A stretch of DNA of 64,000 bases from NCBI GenBank assembly GCA_028293825.1, contig JAQGNY010000027.1, positions 17,531 through 81,530 of the forward strand. Reading direction: 5' to 3'. This DNA comes from Verrucomicrobiaceae bacterium (GTDB taxonomy: Bacteria > Pseudomonadota > Gammaproteobacteria > Pseudomonadales > CAMLJR01). This document shows positions 18,249 to 26,575 of this stretch, piece by piece (positions within the stretch are counted from its first letter, which is position 1; each line of letters begins with the position of its first letter). The notes below the pieces were generated by a model. That model saw nothing but the letters and a program-made list of their open reading frames with translations, had not been told where the DNA came from and made no database searches. A program made the translations under genes and the position numbers.

Positions 18249-20138
18249 TTAGACGTCGAATTGATCTTTTATTTTCCAGCCCGTTGGCGGGCTTTCCCAG
18301 CGCGTATTCGGATCGATATGATCGCGCGCGATAAAGTAAGCGTGCAATTTATCGTCGGTTAATTCGAAGCGCAAAAATCCTTTGTAATCCTGAATTGCCA
18401 TCGCGCTGAAGGCGTTGTTCGGCATCTGTCCAAAATACGACGCTACCGCGAAATAACTTCCGAACAGCAATCCGCCGACACCGACGCCGCAAACAGTGAC
18501 AAACAGCCACGCGCAACAACTGGCGAGGAATGGATGCTGAGCGGCGAGCGGTGCGGCCAGCATGCAGCCCAGCCAATACAGCGCAAACACCAAATAGCCG
18601 TGCGCCATACCGTGCAAAAAGCCGGTGGTTGTTTTGATCCACGCTGCAGTCGGGCCTTCACTGGCGATGCGCACGCATCCCGCCAGCATGACCAAATTAA
18701 TAATTAGCGCAGTGGGCGCGAAGATCATCGCGTGTAGCCATTTCAGCATCGCATCGACATAGCCGAAGTTCGCCATCGGGCCGAAACCATCGGGAATGAA
18801 GCTGTACGAGAAAACTAACGAGTTCACGTAAGCGTTGAAGCCATAGAGTAGGCCGAGAAAAAGCGCGAAGCCGAAATTCGAATCGAGCCATTGCGCAAAA
18901 AACTCGCCGCTTCCGAGAGCGGGGCGCGGCTGACTGAACTGCGGTTTGAACATCGCGCCGATATTGCCCCATGCGAGCGAGCGCGATTTCTCCACCGATG
19001 GATAGCGTATGCGGGCGGCATTGAAAGCGCTGGTATCGACGTCGGCATCCGCCACGCGTCCGACGCGAATGCGGTGTTGCAATTCAGGGCTGATCGCGGC
19101 GGGATCGATCTGGCGATCGATTAATTTGCTGGCGGCGGTGTCGCGGCAATGCGTTGGGTGCATGAACGCGCCGCCCGCGCCGCAGGTGATCAGATGGCTC
19201 GCTTGCGCGGTGGTGGGGTCTTTGTCGAGCGTATCGCGCGAATAGTGATGTTGATCGCCCGCAAGCCGCATCGCGATACGCGCGCCGCTTTGCTCGAGCA
19301 GATACTCCAGCCGTTGATACCGTTTTGGGTAGCCGTCGGGCGCCGCATCGCCCAGTTCGCGATACCAATAGGGCTCCGGGTACAGCAGGATTAGCTGCGC
19401 TCCGGTGGTAATTTGCGGTGTTGGCGTCGATGTACCCGTGGCTTTTACTTCTGCGGTAGTCGGGGTGCCGAGCAGCGCGCGAAAGGCTTCGAATTGATTG
19501 CGGTCGATATCGCCGCCGAGTGCGTAATCGAAACCCAACACCCACCAGTTATGCGGCAGTTTTACGGCGAAATAGGTTTGTTTTTGCGGCGTTTTCGCGC
19601 CGATAAATTCGCCGCTATCGCGATTGACGAAGTAGCGGCAGAACGTCGATAGGCTGTCGAACCAATCGTGGTTTTGCGGAATGGAGACCGTTACTTTTTC
19701 GCTGGTATCGACGCGCGCGTGCCGCTTCGCCATTTCATATAGTTCGAGAAATCGGTATTGATACTCTTCGGGGCTGGCGCCGGGGTAGGCGAGATCGCCG
19801 CCCAAAACCAGCAGCTGGCCAGTCGGTAGCGTTTTCGCCGGGCTGTTCGCCACGTGCAGTTCCGGTTCCAACGCCGCACGCGCGACGCTGTAAGTAGCGC
19901 TGCCGCTGTCGCCGACATCGGAAATAAAATCGAACCAGAACGGTTGCGTATTGTTAGCCGGGAGCGCGGATAAATCGATGACATCCACCGCTGAGAAGTT
20001 TTCGCGGCGGTCGAGATTGCGTTGAAAGTCAGTCGAGGAGAGCAGTTCACGTCCGGCGTGCAGCAAAACCGACGGCGAATACCACGCCACCGAGCGGCGG
20101 CTGCTGGGTTGAACGAGCTGACCGAATTGCTTAGCCAT
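18249..20138 (-). CDS. Calcineurin-like metallophosphoesterase fused to a C-terminal polytopic membrane domain
   Basis: Metallophosphatase motifs appear in order: FISDVGD, GGDLAYPG, QNHDWFD, LAGDQHHY, GAGGAFMHPTH. About 6 TM helices follow. I prefer the ATG at 20138 (MAKQFGQ); the ORF track begins at a GTG at 20162. Confidence 0.75.
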   Translation of the reverse strand: MAKQFGQLVQPSSRRSVAWYSPSVLLHAGRELLSSTDFQRNLDRRENFSAVDVIDLSALPANNTQPFWFDFISDVGDSGSATYSVARAALEPELHVANSPAKTLPTGQLLVLGGDLAYPGASPEEYQYRFLELYEMAKRHARVDTSEKVTVSIPQNHDWFDSLSTFCRYFVNRDSGEFIGAKTPQKQTYFAVKLPHNWWVLGFDYALGGDIDRNQFEAFRALLGTPTTAEVKATGTSTPTPQITTGAQLILLYPEPYWYRELGDAAPDGYPKRYQRLEYLLEQSGARIAMRLAGDQHHYSRDTLDKDPTTAQASHLITCGAGGAFMHPTHCRDTAASKLIDRQIDPAAISPELQHRIRVGRVADADVDTSAFNAARIRYPSVEKSRSLAWGNIGAMFKPQFSQPRPALGSGEFFAQWLDSNFGFALFLGLLYGFNAYVNSLVFSYSFIPDGFGPMANFGYVDAMLKWLHAMIFAPTALIINLVMLAGCVRIASEGPTAAWIKTTTGFLHGMAHGYLVFALYWLGCMLAAPLAAQHPFLASCCAWLFVTVCGVGVGGLLFGSYFAVASYFGQMPNNAFSAMAIQDYKGFLRFELTDDKLHAYFIARDHIDPNTRWESPPTGWKIKDQFDV

Positions 20139-20204
20139 AAACGCGCATCCTGTGCTCGTCACGCGTCGCCGAAGCGCTGCGCGAATAGATCAAGTGGGAT
20201 TAGA

Positions 20205-20232
20205 ACAAAAAGCCCCGCACGGTGGCGGGGCT
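20205..20232 (-). terminator. Rho-independent terminator of acnB
   Basis: The minus strand reads AGCCCCGC-caccgt-GCGGGGCT followed by TTTTTGTT, about 95 nt after the acnB stop. Confidence 0.75.
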
Positions 20233-20325
20233 ACGTTTATATCCTTGTCATTTACAACAAACGTCAATATTGCAGCAGCAATTGGTGGTTGAGGCCGGCG
20301 ACATCAGCAGCGGCCTTGACCGGTA

Positions 20326-22968
20326 CTAGGCCGACACTACGTCGATGACTTCGGCGGCAATACGTTTGCCGTCGGCCGCTGATTCCTGGAACGACACGAT
20401 CTCATTGAAGTTCAAGTAGCGGTAGATTTCGGCCGACATCGCGTCGAGGTTTTTCGCGTAATCCATGTATTCCGCCACGGTCGGAATGCGGCCGAGAATG
20501 GCGCCGACAGCGGCGAGTTCCGCCGAGGTCAGGTACACATTCGAGCCATCGCCCAAGCGGTTCGGGAAGTTACGCGTCGATGTCGACAACACCGTTGCGC
20601 CCGGTTTTACGCGTGCCTGGTTGCCCATGCACAGCGAGCAGCCCGGCATCTCGGTGCGCGCACCGGTGCGGCCAAAGATGTTGTAGTAGCCTTCTTCCTT
20701 CAGCTGATGCTCGTCCATGCGGGTCGGCGGCGCGATCCACAAGCGCGTCACCAGAGAGCCGGAGGCAACCTTTTCCAACAGTTTGCCGGCAGCGCGGTAG
20801 TGGCCGATGTTGGTCATGCACGAACCGATAAATACTTCGTCGACTTTGTCGCCGGCAACTTCCGACAACAGACGCGCGTCGTCCGGATCGTTCGGCGCGC
20901 ATACGACCGGCTCTTTCAATTCGTTCAGATCGATTTCGATAATCGCCGCGTATTCCGCGTCTTTATCGGCTTCGAGCAGTTGCGGATTGGCGAGCCAATC
21001 TTCCATCTTGCGTGCGCGGCGTTCCAGCGTGCGCGGATCGCCATAACCGCCGGAGATCATCGAGCGCAGCAGCGTGATGTTCGAGCGCAGATATTCGCTG
21101 ATGGTTTCCGCACCCAACTTGATCGTACAGCCGGCAGCGGAACGCTCCGCGGATGCATCCGACAACTCGAATGCCTGTTCGACTTTCAGATCTTCCAGTC
21201 CTTCGATTTCGAGAATATTGCCAGAGAAAATATTCTTTTTGCCTTTCTTCGCAACGGTCAGCAGACCCTGCTTAATCGCGTAAAGCGGAATCGCATGCAC
21301 CAGATCGCGTAGCGTGATGCCGGGCTGCATTTTGCCCTTGAAGCGCACCAGCACGGACTCAGGCATATCGAGCGGCATTACGCCGGTCGCTGCGGCAAAC
21401 GCCACCAGACCGGAGCCGGCCGGGAACGAAATACCGATTGGGAAACGCGTGTGCGAATCGCCGCCGGTGCCGACGGTGTCGGGCAGCAGCATGCGGTTTA
21501 GCCAGCTGTGAATGATGCCGTCGCCAGGGCGCAGCGAAACGCCGCCGCGGTTCATGATGAAGTCGGGCAGCGTGTGCTGGGTTTCGACATCGACCGGCTT
21601 CGGATACGCGGCGGTATGGCAGAACGACTGCATTACCAGATCGGTGGAGAAACCGAGACAGGCGAGGTCTTTCAGCTCGTCGCGGGTCATTGGGCCGGTG
21701 GTGTCCTGCGAGCCGACGGTGGTCATCTTCGGTTCGCAATAATTGCCGGGACGAACGCCGGTCTGGTTTCCGTTTACCACCGGCAGGGCGCAGGCGCGGC
21801 CGACCATTTTCTGGCCGAGCGTGTAGCCTTTGCCGGTGTCGGCCGGGATTGTCGGCAGACGGAACAGCGTTGTCACTGGCAGGCCCAGCGCTTCGCGCGC
21901 GTTGTTGGTGAGGCCGCGACCGATGATCAGGTTGATACGGCCACCAGCGCGCACTTCATCGAGCAGCACTGGCGATTTCAATTCGAATTCGGAAACGGTC
22001 TGGCCGCTGACGAGGTTGATGATCTTGCCGTCGTACGGGCGAATCTCGATCACTTCGCCGAAGCCGATATTGTCGACCGGCGCTTCGAACACCAGTGCGC
22101 CGGCGTCTTCCATCGTGTTGTAGAAAATCGGCGCGACTTTGCCGCCGAAGCAGATGCCGCCGCTGCGCTTGTTCGGTACGCCGGGCATATCTTCGCCGAA
22201 GAACCACAGCACTGAGTTCGTGGCGGATTTACGCGACGAGCCGGTGCCGACCACATCACCGACGAACGCGACTTGAATGCCTTGCTTTTGTAACTCGGCG
22301 ATTTGTTTCATCGGGCCGATGCTGCCCGGTACGTCCGGGGTCAAACCGTCGCGCTGCATTTTGTACATGGCGAGTGAATGCAACGGGATATCCGGGCGCG
22401 ACCATGCGTCGGGCGCGGGCGACAGATCATCCGTATTGGTTTCGCCGGTGACTTTGAACACGATGGCTTTGATCGACTGCGGCACTTCGGGCTTGCTGGT
22501 GAACCATTCCGCATCGGCCCACGATTGCAGCACGGATTTGGCGTTGGCATTGCCGGCTTTGGCTTTTTCCACGACATCGTGGAAACGGTCGAACATCAGC
22601 AGCGTGTGCTTGAGTTCTTTGGCGGCGGCAGTGCCGAGTTCGGCATCGTCGAGCAGGCCGACCAGCGTGTCGATGTTGTAGCCACCGAGCATCATGCCGA
22701 GCAATATCGTCGCTTTGGCGCGGTCGATCAGCGGCGACTTGGCTTCGCCTTTGGTGATCGCGGTCAGAAATGCGGCCTTCACGTATGCGGCCTCATCGAC
22801 TCCCGGCGGTACACGATTAGTAATCAGATCGACCAGAAATGCTTCCTCGCCCGCGGGCGGATTTTTCAGCAGTTCAACCAGCGCGGCGGTTTGTTCGGGA
22901 TTTAACGGCTTCGCTGGGATACCTTGCGCGGCGCGTTCGGCGACATGACTGCGGTAGGCTTCAAGCAC
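20326..22968 (-). CDS. acnB: Aconitate hydratase B / 2-methylisocitrate dehydratase
   Basis: 880-aa ORF with a GTG start. The N-terminus MLEAYRSHVAERAAQGIPAKPLNPEQTAALVELLKNPPAGEE...NRVPPGVDEAAYVKA is the characteristic AcnB HEAT-like leader, followed by the aconitase swivel and catalytic domains with Fe-S cysteines. Confidence 0.97.
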   Translation of the reverse strand: MLEAYRSHVAERAAQGIPAKPLNPEQTAALVELLKNPPAGEEAFLVDLITNRVPPGVDEAAYVKAAFLTAITKGEAKSPLIDRAKATILLGMMLGGYNIDTLVGLLDDAELGTAAAKELKHTLLMFDRFHDVVEKAKAGNANAKSVLQSWADAEWFTSKPEVPQSIKAIVFKVTGETNTDDLSPAPDAWSRPDIPLHSLAMYKMQRDGLTPDVPGSIGPMKQIAELQKQGIQVAFVGDVVGTGSSRKSATNSVLWFFGEDMPGVPNKRSGGICFGGKVAPIFYNTMEDAGALVFEAPVDNIGFGEVIEIRPYDGKIINLVSGQTVSEFELKSPVLLDEVRAGGRINLIIGRGLTNNAREALGLPVTTLFRLPTIPADTGKGYTLGQKMVGRACALPVVNGNQTGVRPGNYCEPKMTTVGSQDTTGPMTRDELKDLACLGFSTDLVMQSFCHTAAYPKPVDVETQHTLPDFIMNRGGVSLRPGDGIIHSWLNRMLLPDTVGTGGDSHTRFPIGISFPAGSGLVAFAAATGVMPLDMPESVLVRFKGKMQPGITLRDLVHAIPLYAIKQGLLTVAKKGKKNIFSGNILEIEGLEDLKVEQAFELSDASAERSAAGCTIKLGAETISEYLRSNITLLRSMISGGYGDPRTLERRARKMEDWLANPQLLEADKDAEYAAIIEIDLNELKEPVVCAPNDPDDARLLSEVAGDKVDEVFIGSCMTNIGHYRAAGKLLEKVASGSLVTRLWIAPPTRMDEHQLKEEGYYNIFGRTGARTEMPGCSLCMGNQARVKPGATVLSTSTRNFPNRLGDGSNVYLTSAELAAVGAILGRIPTVAEYMDYAKNLDAMSAEIYRYLNFNEIVSFQESAADGKRIAAEVIDVVSA

Positions 22969-23297
22969 GGTGGGAACTCCTCGTTGTATTCACTCGTTGT
23001 AATCAGAATTCCGCATCGCCGGGATCGCCGGCCAGCGGGAACTGTCAATATGCACCTAGAGATTGGCCAATGCGTACTTGGAGATTGGCGCTGCACACAT
23101 TGAGTCAAAGCGGGGGCAAAGTATAACCGCTCCAGCGCACCCCGTTAAGCGTATCGAATCTGTCACGATTGCATTTATGCAGCGGTTTGCGCCGCATTGC
23201 CGGGCAGTTACAATGCGGCCCGCGCGATGCCTGCACCGACCCTAATTCGGTATAAATTAAAACATCGCTTTTTCCGACCCTTACTCGACGCAAGGCC

Positions 23298-23753
23298 GTG
23301 GCTGAAAAACTTCCGACACGCATTCCAACGCCCTGTATCGGTGTCTGTTCGACAGGCATCGGCGATAACGTGTGCCGTGGCTGCAAGCGCTACGCGGCGG
23401 AAGTGATTTATTGGAACAGCTACACGGAAGAGCAAAAACGCGCGATCAATCGGCGCCTCGATCAACTGCTGTCGCAGGTGGTCGCGGCGAAAGCGACGGT
23501 GTTCGACGCGGCGCTACTCGAATCTAAATTAAAAGCATTGCAGCTGCAGTATTCGCCGCATCGCAGCCCACTGGTGTGGGTATTCGAGCTATTGCGCGCC
23601 GGCGCGCGCCAGATCGTCGATACGACGCAATTCGGTTTTGCGCTGGAGCCCGCTTACAAAGACATCAATTTGCTGACTTTGCGCGACCAGATCGATCAGG
23701 AGTTCTTCCTGTTGTCCGAAGCGCATTACCAACGCTATGTCGGTGTGGTTTAA
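23298..23753 (+). CDS. DUF1289 (YdhL-like) cysteine-motif protein
   Basis: 151-aa ORF with a GTG start. The N-terminal motif is PCIGVCSTGIGDNVCRGCKRYAAEVIYWN, typical of DUF1289. It is divergent from acnB. Confidence 0.7.
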   Translation: MAEKLPTRIPTPCIGVCSTGIGDNVCRGCKRYAAEVIYWNSYTEEQKRAINRRLDQLLSQVVAAKATVFDAALLESKLKALQLQYSPHRSPLVWVFELLRAGARQIVDTTQFGFALEPAYKDINLLTLRDQIDQEFFLLSEAHYQRYVGVV

Positions 23754-23983
23754 GCAGCGGCCCTGCGCCGGCGGTGAGGCGTCGGTTTACAGCGATACAC
23801 CGCATGTCGGATTCCGAATGCCGACAATCCAGTAGAGCTGTTCTCTTCGCACCCGTTAGCGCTCTCAATCGCCGATTGAATTCTCTGAGCTTGAATTCCT
23901 TTCGTCGTACTGGACCAAAAAGTGGCCGTCGGCCGCGCTATTTAAGTAATTTTGGTAGAGCACAGTCAGGCCGAGCTGCTGTT

Positions 23984-24256
23984 GAGCGAGAAAAAGCAGG
24001 CTCGAAGCGAGGAAGAGCTAGCTCCGAGGGAGAAAAAACTATCTCTTTGATAGAAAAAGCTGTCTGCGGGATAGGACGAGCTAGCTCGGAGATAGATAAA
24101 TCTATCCCAGAGAGAGATAAATCTATCCCAGAGAGAGATAAATCTATCACCGGGATAGATAAAGCTATCTCCCACAGAGAAAAAGCTATCCCGTGAATAG
24201 ATCGAGCTAGTTCGGATGGAGCTAAAGCTAGCTGAGCGATAGCTCGCCGCATCTTT
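23984..24256. repeat. Tandem array of 13 units of 21 nt, each with an internal palindrome
   Basis: Read directly from the sequence. The units start at 23984 and recur every 21 nt through 24236. U6-U8 are nearly identical (gagatagataaatctatccca, gagagagataaatctatccca, gagagagataaatctatcacc). The consensus is GAGATAGAWAAAKCTATCYCN, and there are no indels between units. Confidence 0.9.
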
Positions 24257-24506
24257 TGGAGACGACGTCGAGTCTGTTAGCGAGGAGTAGCTCCGGTTGA
24301 AGCGGGTACGGTTGTCGCCACGATAGACGCGCCTATTGCGCGATATTCCCATCATCGCTTTTGCTTTGGACGAGCCAGCTGCGAACGAGCAGTCGCTCGT
24401 TTTAAACGGGGCGGCGGTAACTCCGCACGGAGCCGGCTCTTTTCGCGAATAAACTCACCCATCGTTATACTGCGCGCCGATTCATTCCGTGACAGTCGTT
24501 TCTCCC

Positions 24507-25127
24507 ATGACCGATATCTCCGCCATTCAGAAGTTTCTGTTGTGTCCGACGCCGGATGCATGGCTGCAAAATGCACTCGCGCAGCAGGATTTATTGCTGA
24601 TCGATCACGCCAATTGCGAGAAAAAAGCGGCCGGTACCGCGATGAATTTGCTGTACCGCTACGTCGACAAACCCGATTTGCTCTATCGCATGTCGCGGTT
24701 GGCGCGCGAAGAGTTGCGGCATTTCGAGCAGGTGCTATCGATCATGGCGGCGCGCGGCATCGAGTATGTGCAGACCGCGCCAGCCCGTTATGCCGGCACC
24801 TTGCACAAACATGTGCGCACGTTCGAGCCGGCTAAATTGATCGACACATTGATCATCGGCGCGTTTATCGAGGCGCGCTCGTGCGAGCGGTTTGCGCGAC
24901 TGGCGCCGTTATTGGATGACGAATTGAGTCGGTTTTATACGGGCTTATTGAGTTCCGAATCGCGCCATTTTCAGCATTATTTGCAGTTGGCGCAGCGCTA
25001 TGCCGATAAACCGATTGCCGAGCGCGTGGCGTTTTTTGCCGAGCGCGAACGCGAATTGATCGAAGCGGAAGATGTTGAGTTTCGTTTTCACAGCGGGCCG
25101 GTCGCGGCCGTCGTTGATGCACTGTAG
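24507..25127 (+). CDS. miaE: tRNA-(ms2io6A37) hydroxylase, ferritin-like di-iron family
   Basis: The translation MTDISAIQKFLLCPTPDAWLQNALAQQDLLLIDHANCEKKAAGTAMNLL...EELRHFEQV...EARSCERF...ESRHF matches the MiaE layout with its ExxH di-iron motifs. The ORF track begins at a GTG at 24489; I prefer the ATG at 24507. Confidence 0.85.
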   Translation: MTDISAIQKFLLCPTPDAWLQNALAQQDLLLIDHANCEKKAAGTAMNLLYRYVDKPDLLYRMSRLAREELRHFEQVLSIMAARGIEYVQTAPARYAGTLHKHVRTFEPAKLIDTLIIGAFIEARSCERFARLAPLLDDELSRFYTGLLSSESRHFQHYLQLAQRYADKPIAERVAFFAERERELIEAEDVEFRFHSGPVAAVVDAL

Positions 25128-25147
25128 GGGCGCGATTTATCGCGCCC
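25128..25147. terminator. GC-rich hairpin between convergent miaE and lpxH
   Basis: GGGCGCGA-ttta-TCGCGCCC starts immediately after the miaE stop. There is no U-tract on either strand. Confidence 0.4.
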
Positions 25148-25215
25148 AATAACGCGACGACGATTGATAAGGGACGGTATTGGCAGCGAGAGTGCGTGAT
25201 GAATCACGCCCGGCG

Positions 25216-25962
25216 CTAAATGGATTGCTGTATTAACTCGATCGATTGATCGGGTTCGGCGCGCACGTACCACATGCAGTCGTTCTCACGCCAATCGCCC
25301 AATACAATGCGCTCTGCGGTTTTTCCATTGGCGGAAAGTTCCCTAACAGCGACGCCATGGCGCGCAGGCCGGTGCGTGTGGCCGTGAATCAAACGGTCGA
25401 CGCTGTTGATCTCCAGCACACGTGCAACTTCGGTCGGTGTCACGTCCATGATGTCCTCGGCCTTATTGCTGCCGGCCATTTTGCTCTGCTCGCGCAGCAT
25501 TGCCGCCAGCGCGCGGCGCTCTGGTAATGACTTCGACAAAATCATTTGCTGCCATTGCGGATTGCGTACCTGCGCGCGAAACGCCAGATAAGCGCTGTCC
25601 TCGGTGCACAGTGTGTCGCCATGCAACAACAGGGTTGGATGGCCGTATAAATCGATAACCACGGATTCTGGCAACAGTTGCATGGCGCAGCGCTGGGCGA
25701 ATTGCTCGCCGACCAGGAAATCCCGATTACCGTGCATAAAGTAAATTGCGATGCCGCCAGCATTCAGCGCGCGCAACGCGGCGCTGAACGTGTCGAGCCA
25801 CGGTGCATCGTCGTCATCACCGATCCACGCTTCGAAAATATCGCCGAGCAAATACAGCGCATCAGCGCCGCGCGCCGTGGTCTCGAACCAGTCGAGACAG
25901 GCGCGCAGCAAATCCGGGTGCGATGGCTGCAAATGCAGATCGGAAATGAACAGCGTGGTCAT
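25216..25962 (-). CDS. lpxH: UDP-2,3-diacylglucosamine diphosphatase
   Basis: 248-aa ORF with MTTLFISDLHL, LGDIFEAW, MHGNRDFL and HGDTLCT, the metallophosphatase motifs in LpxH spacing. It lies downstream of ppiB, as in many gammaproteobacteria. Confidence 0.93.
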   Translation of the reverse strand: MTTLFISDLHLQPSHPDLLRACLDWFETTARGADALYLLGDIFEAWIGDDDDAPWLDTFSAALRALNAGGIAIYFMHGNRDFLVGEQFAQRCAMQLLPESVVIDLYGHPTLLLHGDTLCTEDSAYLAFRAQVRNPQWQQMILSKSLPERRALAAMLREQSKMAGSNKAEDIMDVTPTEVARVLEINSVDRLIHGHTHRPARHGVAVRELSANGKTAERIVLGDWRENDCMWYVRAEPDQSIELIQQSI

Positions 25963-25972
25963 GGGGCGTGAC

Positions 25973-26470
25973 TTATTCTTCGTCGACCACAGCTTTGGTG
26001 ATCACAACATCTTCGGCGGGCACGTCTTGATGGCCGCCTTTGCCGGTAGTGGCAACGCCTTTGATGCGATTGACCACGTCCATGCCTTCAACAACGCGAC
26101 CGAATACCGCGTAGCCCCAGCCTTGGCTGGTTTTGCTGGAATGATTGAGGAAGTTGTTATCGGCGATATTGATAAAGAATTGTGCGCTGGCCGAATGCGG
26201 TTCCATCGTGCGCGCCATGGCGACTGTGCCGATGTTGTTTTTCAAGCCGTTATCGGCTTCGTTCTGGATTTGATCTTTGGTTTCTTTCTGTTTCATGCCG
26301 GGAGCAAAACCGCCGCCCTGAACCATGAAATTATCGATCACGCGGTGGAAAATCGTACCGTCATAATGGCCGGCTTTCACGTACTCGACAAAGTTGGCCG
26401 CGGTTTTTGGAGCTTTTTCGAAATCGAGTTCCAGTTTGATGTCGCCGAAGTTGGTATGCAGAGTAATCAT
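25973..26470 (-). CDS. ppiB: Cyclophilin-type peptidyl-prolyl cis-trans isomerase B
   Basis: 165-aa ORF with [14 protein letters not shown]...[17 protein letters not shown]..., the cyclophilin core, and no signal peptide. Confidence 0.95.
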   Translation of the reverse strand: MITLHTNFGDIKLELDFEKAPKTAANFVEYVKAGHYDGTIFHRVIDNFMVQGGGFAPGMKQKETKDQIQNEADNGLKNNIGTVAMARTMEPHSASAQFFINIADNNFLNHSSKTSQGWGYAVFGRVVEGMDVVNRIKGVATTGKGGHQDVPAEDVVITKAVVDEE

Positions 26471-26575
26471 GATTTTGCCGTCGTGAATTATGGTGAATGA
26501 AGCCGCTATAATACGGACTTTACCGCCCCGTATCCATTTTTGACTCCTTCGACCATTTGATCCTTAGAGAAGTGC

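Noticed and set aside
20580-22905. Multiple 70-235-aa ORFs antisense to or out of frame with acnB (e.g. 20707..21312, 21508..22215, 22378..22905)
   Set aside because: acnB is unambiguous over the full length. The shadow ORFs are typical of GC-rich third-position bias, with Arg/Ala/Gly-rich products.
23984-24256. CRISPR array or plasmid-type iteron origin as an explanation for the 21-nt repeats
   Set aside because: The repeats are contiguous with no unique spacers, and no cas genes are present, so it is not CRISPR. Iteron arrays have a similar period. However, there is no adjacent rep gene, no AT-rich unwinding element and no DnaA box that I could find.
23576-24355. ORF-track entries 23576..24196 (+, 206 aa), 23938..24252 (-, 104 aa) and 23966..24355 (-, 129 aa), which run through the 21-nt repeat array and give 7-aa repeats
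   Set aside because: The frames stay open only because the 21-nt unit lacks stop triplets in them. The + ORF overlaps the DUF1289 gene out of frame. None has a Shine-Dalgarno sequence, and the products have an implausible composition (Ser/Arg/Phe-rich). I treat them as by-products of the repeat unless comparative data show otherwise.
25751-26500. 249-aa + strand ORF spanning the lpxH start and ppiB
   Set aside because: It is antisense to two well-supported genes and crosses their intergenic gap. It has no motifs.
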